From the NCBI GenBank assembly GCA_028691315.1, contig JAQUZN010000001.1, positions 121,238 through 145,237 on the forward strand: 24,000 nucleotides of DNA, given 5' to 3'. The position numbers and the translations under genes are program-made. This DNA comes from Candidatus Izemoplasmatales bacterium. GTDB taxonomy: Bacteria; Bacillota_I; Bacilli_A; Izemoplasmatales; Hujiaoplasmataceae. The notes beneath the pieces were generated by a model. It saw only the letters and a list, made by a program, of their open reading frames with translations. It was not told the DNA's origin and ran no database searches. Within the stretch, counting starts at the first letter, position 1, and every line of letters begins with the position of its first letter. Of this stretch, positions 9,212 through 15,714 are shown one piece after another.

Positions 9212-9805
9212 TTAAGAAATTCTTTTTCTTTTTTGTTCCAATCGTCGATCAATTGCTTTTTGAAACTCCGGTTTCAAATAATGATAGACATCTTTTACAT
9301 TATAAAATCTACCATATTTCGACATATGATTATCCTTCAAGTTTTTATTGATATATCCATCAAACTCAGACGAATAATCTGCAACGTATAATATATTATG
9401 TACTCCATCCCAATAAATCGACGAATCATAAGCCACGAAAGGTTTGTTAAATAATCGAATATAATCAATACCCGAGAATTTTACATTTTTAATATTGATT
9501 CTTGCTTCTTGTCTAGCTTCTAATACAACTTGTTGATGATTTGCTACATCACGTTCTACAGATCCACCTGGAACTCTGAAATAATTCTTTTCTCTACATA
9601 GAAAGACTTGACCTTTATGATTAAAGATCAAAACTTCTACACGGTTTCTAAATATTTTACCTGGAAACTTAGATATGGTTACCAAGCTATTCCAATTATT
9701 ATTACGATCAAAATATCCTTTATGTAACAATGCAGAGTGCATCGTTATCTTAGGACTAGCCGGTGTTCGCATCGCTCTTTTCTCCTTCTTTCTTTTTTCA
9801 CTCAT
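9212..9805 (-). CDS. Nudix-fold hydrolase-like protein with partly degenerate Nudix box
   Basis: GGSVERDVANHQQVVLEARQEARI aligns to the Nudix box GGxxExGExxxxAAxRExxEExGU. E5, E17 and E21 are kept, but R16 is L, E20 is Q and G23 is R. Start is uncertain: AAGGAGA abuts the ATG at 9814, and the ATG at 9805 has about 10 nt spacing. Confidence 0.5.
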   Translation of the reverse strand: MSEKRKKEKRAMRTPASPKITMHSALLHKGYFDRNNNWNSLVTISKFPGKIFRNRVEVLIFNHKGQVFLCREKNYFRVPGGSVERDVANHQQVVLEARQEARINIKNVKFSGIDYIRLFNKPFVAYDSSIYWDGVHNILYVADYSSEFDGYINKNLKDNHMSKYGRFYNVKDVYHYLKPEFQKAIDRRLEQKRKRIS

Positions 9806-9839
9806 ACAAATCATTCTCCTTATAACGTAAGAATTCTAT

Positions 9840-9851
9840 TATATGGATGTT
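9840..9851 (-). promoter_or_regulatory. AACA-N6-TA element (AACATCCATATA) upstream of the Nudix-like gene
   Basis: The reverse complement of 9840-9851 is AACATCCATATA. It starts 37 nt (ATG 9814) or 46 nt (ATG 9805) upstream and lies just after the terminator of the preceding gene. Confidence 0.4.
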
Positions 9852-9880
9852 TTAGCCTTCGTTATTTACCATATTATGAG

Positions 9881-9924
9881 AAAAAAGAAAAAGGTCAGCC
9901 TAGGCAGTTTCATCCACCTAGGCT
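9881..9924 (-). terminator. rho-independent terminator after the 9935-11374 gene
   Basis: 8-bp stem AGCCTAGG (9897-9904) / CCTAGGCT (9917-9924). On the minus strand it is followed by GACCTTTTTCTTTTTT. Confidence 0.6.
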
Positions 9925-9934
9925 TGTTTTTGTT

Positions 9935-11374
9935 TTATATAATCGTCGGTATGATCCGCTTAAGTGTTTCTAATCGTTCTACCATCAATGTGTTCATCCT
10001 ATTTGCGCTGATAGGATATGCAGGTAATATCGTACCTGGGCGATATGGTGAATCAATTAGAGACTGTATGGTTTGATCAACTTCTTCGATTATATAATTG
10101 TTTACATTATTTCTTGGTTTTATTAATTGGTATTCATACATAATATCTCTTTGAATCTTCTCTAACTCTTTTGTGAAGGGTGTAACCGATTCAAATCTAA
10201 CATCATCCTTAAATGATGATTGTTCATGCTTATGATCAATTAAATTAATATAAAACTCATGGATTGAACAAGAAGATTCAATTAACTGATAATAGTTTTC
10301 AATTTGATCTTCTGATTCTATGAATAAATACGTATATAATAAATCATATGTCTCACAAACAATAGTACGCTGTAATCGTATAGTGGTACCATCTTTAGCA
10401 AATGCAAAGATATCATTCAATCCATCTTTATGAACAATAATCACATCTTCTTTTGGATTATTTGTGAATGTATTTTTCTTCATACAACCACTAATATAGA
10501 TATTATTGCCAGTGCCAACCATAGCTCCATTAGCAGTATTTTCAATGATATTTTTTGGCTCATGGATCTTTTCTTTCCATGAGTATTCATAAGTCTGATC
10601 TTTTTTCACAAAGATATCAATCGTTCCTATGAAACGGGTCTTACCGGCTTTCATATCAGTATATACATAATAAATTCCAGATATAAGACGACCTTTTGAC
10701 AATAATGCAGAAGGTAAATCCGGATAATATTGTTCTTCATCCCAACAAGTGTTTTCTGGTTCTTTATAATCTCTCTCTAAATGATAAGAAGAAAAATGTT
10801 CATAAGAATCTTTTTCTCCTTCTACGGATTCTATTTGATATTCAACCTCTTCTTTTACTAATAAATAAGCAGTATGATAATTATCTGGGCTTAATTTACC
10901 ACCCATTGGTTTAATTACTTTATTAACCATTGGACAATATTTTTCTGGCTTTTCTTCTCCAAAACAGAAACATATACTTTCCTTTGGATCATTTTTAAAC
11001 TTCTCTATTTCTTTTTTTGGTATAATTAGTTTTCTACCAATTTCTTTTTCTACCATACTTCTAGCTTGATTAAATATCTTCATTCGTTTATTAGTATCTT
11101 CTAATATAATACATACTTCATTCATAGCTTCTGGAAGATATTTTAATATACGATTATTCGGATCTATTTGTATATTACCCATTTGAAACTCTTCTAATTT
11201 ATGGATGATATTATTTGCTAATTTTTCTTCATTATTTTCATTCACATAATTAAAAAACTTAATAGCTGATTCTACTTCATTTTTATCACGTAATGGATAT
11301 TTTCTAAGTTCCGGAAGCCCATAATAGGATTCCTCCGTTACTTCTTTTTGTTTATTCTCATAGAATATAGGCAT
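9935..11374 (-). CDS. hypothetical protein (479 aa)
   Basis: Long ORF. AAAGGGGT lies 7 nt before the ATG at 11374. No family recognised. Confidence 0.75.
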   Translation of the reverse strand: MPIFYENKQKEVTEESYYGLPELRKYPLRDKNEVESAIKFFNYVNENNEEKLANNIIHKLEEFQMGNIQIDPNNRILKYLPEAMNEVCIILEDTNKRMKIFNQARSMVEKEIGRKLIIPKKEIEKFKNDPKESICFCFGEEKPEKYCPMVNKVIKPMGGKLSPDNYHTAYLLVKEEVEYQIESVEGEKDSYEHFSSYHLERDYKEPENTCWDEEQYYPDLPSALLSKGRLISGIYYVYTDMKAGKTRFIGTIDIFVKKDQTYEYSWKEKIHEPKNIIENTANGAMVGTGNNIYISGCMKKNTFTNNPKEDVIIVHKDGLNDIFAFAKDGTTIRLQRTIVCETYDLLYTYLFIESEDQIENYYQLIESSCSIHEFYINLIDHKHEQSSFKDDVRFESVTPFTKELEKIQRDIMYEYQLIKPRNNVNNYIIEEVDQTIQSLIDSPYRPGTILPAYPISANRMNTLMVERLETLKRIIPTII

Positions 11375-11390
11375 CTCAATACCCCTTTCT

Positions 11391-11436
11391 TAATACAAAA
11401 ATAAAAACATAGGAGATATATTACTCCTATGTTTTT
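11391..11436 (-). terminator. rho-independent terminator after prfH
   Basis: 13-bp stem AAAAACATAGGAG (11403-11415) / CTCCTATGTTTTT (11424-11436). On the minus strand it is followed by ATTTTTGTATT. Confidence 0.7.
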
Positions 11437-11451
11437 ACCCTCTTTTGACGT

Positions 11452-12042
11452 TCATTTCTTAACCAATTTAAATTCTGGTCCTTCATATACTCTTACAGGA
11501 TTTCCTCGAATTAAATCTTGGTGTGCTCTCCAAGCTTCTTCTTTTTGTTGAGATTGTGCATCATTCTCAATCTCTTTCAAGATAGATTTTAATCGTTCTG
11601 TTACTTCTTTTTTGTTTAAGTATTGACTTCTCTCTGAAGTGGAGACTAAGCTAATTCCAGTAGGTCTATGAATTAAACGAACTCCACTTTCTACTTTGTT
11701 TACATGCTGACCGCCTTTACCTCCACTTCGAAAAGATTCATACTTAATATCGTTCTCATTAAATTCACAAACAGCATTATGGCTAGAGATTCTACTCACA
11801 TCAATGAACCAATTCTTTCGTTTATGGTGAGGACGGATGGGACTTTTACAAATCCATTGAATAGAACCTTCTAGCCATGACAAATCATGTTTTGTTTGAA
11901 ACATAACAGAATCTTGTTTTAAAGCAGCCATATCCGATAGAACTTCAATATCTTCAAATTCATCTTCTAACGAATGAAGCAGAAGTGTAACTGCTAATTT
12001 ACATTCTGTTGGTCCATGACCTGAACTAATCTGTAGTATCAT
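11452..12042 (-). CDS. prfH: peptide chain release factor H (PrfH-type GGQ protein lacking codon-recognition domains)
   Basis: MILQISSGHGPTEC, IQWICKSPIRPHHKRKNWF and RSGGKGGQHVNKVESGVRL closely parallel E. coli PrfH as I remember it (MILLQLSSAQGPEEC, IQWICPSPYRPHHGRKNWF, GGQHVNK). GGQ codons are at 11707-11715. At 196 aa it is far shorter than RF1/RF2. It overlaps rtcB by 4 nt. Confidence 0.9.
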   Translation of the reverse strand: MILQISSGHGPTECKLAVTLLLHSLEDEFEDIEVLSDMAALKQDSVMFQTKHDLSWLEGSIQWICKSPIRPHHKRKNWFIDVSRISSHNAVCEFNENDIKYESFRSGGKGGQHVNKVESGVRLIHRPTGISLVSTSERSQYLNKKEVTERLKSILKEIENDAQSQQKEEAWRAHQDLIRGNPVRVYEGPEFKLVKK

Positions 12043-13184
12043 TCTTTTCCTCCGGCTTTAAAATTATAGATTGGTTTGATTATCTTTGCAATACGAACGG
12101 TATCTTGAATTGCTTCTTGAATATCTTTCAAATCACGATAAGCGAATGGAGCTTCATCTAATGTATCTTTACCAATACTTGGTGAATGAATACCTTTCAT
12201 GATAGATTTATATTCAGATACTGTATGAGAATTCTTTACTTCTTCTCTTTTTATAATTCTTCCTGAGCCATGAGGAGCCGAACAATTCCAATCTTCATTT
12301 CCTAATCCCACACCCAAAATAATACCATCTTTAGAATTAACTGGAATTGCTATATATTGTCCTTCTCTTGCTGAGATTGCACCTTTTCTTAAAATATAAT
12401 CATTCCCGATGAAGTTATGAGGACAATCCATATGCTTACCAGCATTCCATTTCATCTTTTTTACTATTTTACCAATAATTCTTAATCGATTAAAATGTGC
12501 AAATTCCTCTGCTATAAAAGAATCATTTAGATAATCATTTCTTAACCATCCTTCTAAATAAGTCATTTCATAAGGCACGTCAATTCCTTTTCTTTTTAAT
12601 TCTTTCTGTCCTTCGTTTAAATAATAAGATGTGATATCAGAACCAAAACTACGACTTCCACTATGAACAGATAGGAAGAGCTTTCCATCATCGTCTTGAT
12701 CGATTTCAATGAAATGATTTCCTCCACCAAGAGTTCCAACACTTCGTTCTATGATATCTTTTCTGGCGTTTTTCATTCGAATATTATTAAATTCAATTTT
12801 ATCAAAAAAGGTCATAGGCGAATCTTCAATAGAATTATGAATCTTCATACCACATGGAATATTTTCTCGAATAACTGTATCGAGTTTCTGAAATTCAATT
12901 CTCTTTGTATTAATTGGAACTATCGTAACCCCACAACCAATATCATTTCCTAAAAGATTAGGAAGAATGCGATCTGTGAGTGTCATGGATAAACCAATAG
13001 GTCCAACCTTTCCAGGGTGCACATCTGGCATGACTCTTATTTTACTATCTTTTGATACTTCATTATCACAGATCATTTTGATCTGGGCTTCAGCATATTG
13101 TTCAATTTTCTGGTCTTGCTCTTTTGTTGTAAATACCTTTGCTGATCCATATTTTCCTTTAATATAATAATTATAATTTCCCAT
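12039..13184 (-). CDS. rtcB: RtcB-family 3'-phosphate/5'-hydroxyl RNA ligase
   Basis: RtcB signature blocks are present: VMPDVHPGK, GNDIGCGV, GTLGGGNHFIEID, SVHSGSRSFG, CPHNF and NCSAPHGSGR. AAGGAGA lies 5 nt before the ATG at 13184. Confidence 0.92.
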   Translation of the reverse strand: MGNYNYYIKGKYGSAKVFTTKEQDQKIEQYAEAQIKMICDNEVSKDSKIRVMPDVHPGKVGPIGLSMTLTDRILPNLLGNDIGCGVTIVPINTKRIEFQKLDTVIRENIPCGMKIHNSIEDSPMTFFDKIEFNNIRMKNARKDIIERSVGTLGGGNHFIEIDQDDDGKLFLSVHSGSRSFGSDITSYYLNEGQKELKRKGIDVPYEMTYLEGWLRNDYLNDSFIAEEFAHFNRLRIIGKIVKKMKWNAGKHMDCPHNFIGNDYILRKGAISAREGQYIAIPVNSKDGIILGVGLGNEDWNCSAPHGSGRIIKREEVKNSHTVSEYKSIMKGIHSPSIGKDTLDEAPFAYRDLKDIQEAIQDTVRIAKIIKPIYNFKAGGKE

Positions 13185-13204
13185 ATATTTTCTCCTTATA
13201 TTTG

Positions 13205-13747
13205 TTATTTCTTTCCTTTTGGTCTAGCATCCAATTTTTTATAATTTGGCATAGGAAAATCGATCGGTAATGGTTCACCATGATCAAACTCAATATGTGG
13301 TGATTTCATAGTATACATCATTGTTTCTTGAAGAGACATATTACATATCTCTTTATTGAAATAATAAATGAGATATTGATAATTAGTACCCTTGAATACA
13401 TGACCACCATCTTCTTGTAAAACTTTTGTTTTACATTGAGATTTTAAAAAACTTGCTAATTCATCTCTTTGATTAGTTGCTATCATTTTACTAGAACTTG
13501 ATTTGTTAAAATGATTGATATAATCTACCTCGACTAATGAAATTCTTATCGCTTTTGAATCCGAAGAGGTGGAAAGGCCTTCATTAAATTTAAAATAACG
13601 ATTAGTCTTTTTATAAACTTGCGTACCCGATCGATTTATGCTTAGATTGAACGTGACGCCTTGTCTATTAATTAAATTTACAACTTCATTCAAATACTCT
13701 TTATTATTAACTGGATTAAAAATGTGTAAATTATCAAATACTGCCAT
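13205..13747 (-). CDS. hypothetical protein, single copy of the PxP(N/D)Y-terminated ~150-aa paralogous domain
   Basis: It starts MAVFDN, with the same 18-nt 5' end (ATGGCAGTATTTGATAAT) as the 15618 gene. It contains AIRISLVEVDY...NQRDELASFL and the C-terminal FPMPNYKKL. SD is GAGAGGGGA. No terminator separates it from rtcB. Confidence 0.75.
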   Translation of the reverse strand: MAVFDNLHIFNPVNNKEYLNEVVNLINRQGVTFNLSINRSGTQVYKKTNRYFKFNEGLSTSSDSKAIRISLVEVDYINHFNKSSSSKMIATNQRDELASFLKSQCKTKVLQEDGGHVFKGTNYQYLIYYFNKEICNMSLQETMMYTMKSPHIEFDHGEPLPIDFPMPNYKKLDARPKGKK

Positions 13748-13768
13748 TTTTTAGTCCCCTCTCTCTTT

Positions 13769-15115
13769 CTATTCTGGCAATTTCATATAATTTGGTATTG
13801 GTGAATTTTTGTCTAACTTTTCAATATTCAATCTACCTTTCGCTATTAATGTATTGATCATATTGATCATATAACGCCAACAATAAAAATCAGAATTAGC
13901 TCCCAATAACCTCATCAATTCTTTTTTCTGATCATTGTTTAACCTAATTTGCTCTCTTCTATCATCATTACAATCTACATATATCGGTTTATTGATATTG
14001 ATTCTAGCGTGTAATTTTTTATTCTTGCTATAATCAATATCGGTAAAAATGAAATATAAATCATCTTTTTTAATATTCCGATTTAAACATAGATGAAGAT
14101 GGTTTCCTGTCAATTCCCCCCCAAGAAAAGTGAATAGATTATGGTAGTGTTCTCCTAACTCTCGTGATAACCCAAATAAATTAAACATCTCATAATCGGC
14201 CACATAGTATTCTTCCGGACCATCTGGAAGTAACTCGTAATTTGGTTGTTTTGGTATCTTAACCCCAGGTTTTTCCATATCATCGCCTAGTAAACCAGTC
14301 TCATATAAATAATGTCTATATAACCATTCATAATTTGTCATGCCATTGAAGTGGATTAAAGAGCTTAAAAAATTATTCAATTCAACCTTTTCGTCTTTAG
14401 TTAGATATAAAAACTCTTTAGTCTCATCTGGAGTGTGAACATAATAAGGATTCATAAAACTTATTCTTGCAAGTTTAGTTTTAAATTCAAATCTTTCATC
14501 TCTTATATTAAAATATCTCTCTTTGATTGCATGGTTCCATTGTATCTTTATTGATATATGGTAATTTAAAAAATCAGAAATCATATCGTCTGACCAATTA
14601 TAATTCTCAGTCAATTGTCTTGAATCATCATATTCAAAAACATGATCGATATCATGTTCGTATAAATAAAAACCACGAGAACCAATATTGATATCCTTAT
14701 AATCTGGTGGTCTTGTTACTTTATACGGTTTATAACCCATGTCAATAAGACCTTTATTAAAATAATCAAAAATCAAATTCCAGAAAATATCATTATTTAC
14801 CAATTCAATCCATTTTGCTAACTGCTTCTTATTTAATTTAAAATTTCGAGTTCTGAACATATGATTCCAAGGAACTTCATTCATATAACTTGGATAGTTT
14901 AAATGAATTCTAGAACTTCTAGTTGCATGTTTAGGATCCTCGTTATTATACGCTATAATATAAATCAAATCCTGCCTGTTCTTTGGTGGATTGATACACA
15001 GTGACATATGAAGATGTTTATATGAGTATACAATCTTTTCTTCAGTTTTAATTTCTCCTAATATCAATTCTTTTCTTCTCATAAATCTTTTACATTTATT
15101 CATCATTCCTCCCAC
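13769..15115 (-). CDS. hypothetical protein made of three tandem copies of the same ~150-aa domain
   Basis: Modules end at RPPDYKDI (aa 136-143), KQPNYELL (289-296) and PIPNYMKL (439-446). Each has an (A/S)R(I)x(L/F)xxPxY...L(T/N)xx(Q/E)Kx(E)L core. The maximal ORF starts at GTG 15115, but GGGAGGA sits just before ATG 15106/15103, so the true start is probably one of those. Confidence 0.75.
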   Translation of the reverse strand: MGGMMNKCKRFMRRKELILGEIKTEEKIVYSYKHLHMSLCINPPKNRQDLIYIIAYNNEDPKHATRSSRIHLNYPSYMNEVPWNHMFRTRNFKLNKKQLAKWIELVNNDIFWNLIFDYFNKGLIDMGYKPYKVTRPPDYKDINIGSRGFYLYEHDIDHVFEYDDSRQLTENYNWSDDMISDFLNYHISIKIQWNHAIKERYFNIRDERFEFKTKLARISFMNPYYVHTPDETKEFLYLTKDEKVELNNFLSSLIHFNGMTNYEWLYRHYLYETGLLGDDMEKPGVKIPKQPNYELLPDGPEEYYVADYEMFNLFGLSRELGEHYHNLFTFLGGELTGNHLHLCLNRNIKKDDLYFIFTDIDYSKNKKLHARININKPIYVDCNDDRREQIRLNNDQKKELMRLLGANSDFYCWRYMINMINTLIAKGRLNIEKLDKNSPIPNYMKLPE

Positions 15116-15618
15116 TACAGTAATGCATAATCTGGCATCCGGTTTTTCATCTTTCTTAATTTCTTTTTATTTTTTTCATTATCCGTAAACTTGATATGCT
15201 CTTTTATAATATACATCCATAGTGATGCAAATCGATCTCCATATTTCGGGCAATAACCCTTCAATGTTTTTACCAACCATTCTTTCTGTTCAACGGTCAA
15301 TTCTAAATGGGAGAATATATCATCACTAGGTCTTTTCTTATATCTCGGTTTTGACATTTTTACCCTACAGCATTTTGTGCCCTCTAACATTTTACAACTA
15401 TTTATAATTTTAATATAAAAATCGTCATCGTAAGTTTGTTCAAAATGAACTAATATAGATAAATCCATTTCTTCATCTCTTACAACAAATTCCATTAAAT
15501 TGTGAGTCTCACCCAATATAACAGAGCAACTCATAGCATTTTCAATATTTTTTATAGAATCTTCTTCAATAAAAATATCTTTCTCTAAATCTTTCTTTCC
15601 ATTATCAAATACTGCCAT
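15115..15618 (-). CDS. hypothetical protein, single copy of the same paralogous domain; first gene of the operon
   Basis: It starts MAVFDN, contains CCRVKMSKPRY...LTVEQKEWLVKTL and ends RMPDYALL. SD is GAAAGAGAGG. Its stop overlaps the downstream maximal ORF by 1 nt. Confidence 0.75.
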   Translation of the reverse strand: MAVFDNGKKDLEKDIFIEEDSIKNIENAMSCSVILGETHNLMEFVVRDEEMDLSILVHFEQTYDDDFYIKIINSCKMLEGTKCCRVKMSKPRYKKRPSDDIFSHLELTVEQKEWLVKTLKGYCPKYGDRFASLWMYIIKEHIKFTDNEKNKKKLRKMKNRMPDYALL

Positions 15619-15656
15619 TATAATTTCCTCTCTTTCATTTTTAAATTTAGAATATG

Positions 15657-15693
15657 TAATAGTGAGTATAGATCTTTCCTATACTCACTATTA
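15657..15693 (-). terminator. 15-bp perfect hairpin after the 394-aa gene (terminator and/or 5'-UTR structure of the downstream operon)
   Basis: TAATAGTGAGTATAG (15657-15671) pairs with CTATACTCACTATTA (15679-15693) around a 7-nt loop. The downstream minus-strand tract CATATTCTAAATTT is only moderately T-rich. Confidence 0.5.
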
Positions 15694-15700
15694 TAATATA
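15692..15700 (-). promoter_or_regulatory. TATATTATA element upstream of the paralog/rtcB/prfH operon
   Basis: Exact 9-mer on the minus strand, immediately 5' of the 15-bp hairpin and about 75-80 nt upstream of the ATG at 15618. Confidence 0.3.
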
Positions 15701-15714
15701 TCATCATTATTCTT

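Noticed and set aside
8430-11000. Track ORFs 8430-8672(-), 8809-9009(-), 9155-9391(+), 9737-9973(+), 9843-10076(+), 10696-10914(+)
   Set aside because: They are antisense to, or overlap, the Spo0A-like, Nudix-like and 479-aa genes, or they span terminators and intergenic hairpins. They have no SD and a hydrophobic, low-complexity composition.
11422-11433. AACATAGGAGTA (AACA-N6-TA) upstream of the 479-aa gene
   Set aside because: It lies inside the stem of the prfH terminator and 59 nt from the ATG, outside the 35-47 nt range of the other hits. Given the motif's low information content, this one may be chance.
12696-13167. Plus-strand track ORFs 12696-12953 and 12967-13167
   Set aside because: They are antisense to rtcB, whose identity is unambiguous.
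13769-15115. HEPN-like Rx4-6H motif (RSSRIH) in the first module of the 448-aa paralog protein
   Set aside because: It is present in only one of the five modules (the others read ARISF, ARINI, CRVKM and AIRIS), so it is not a conserved catalytic motif of the family.
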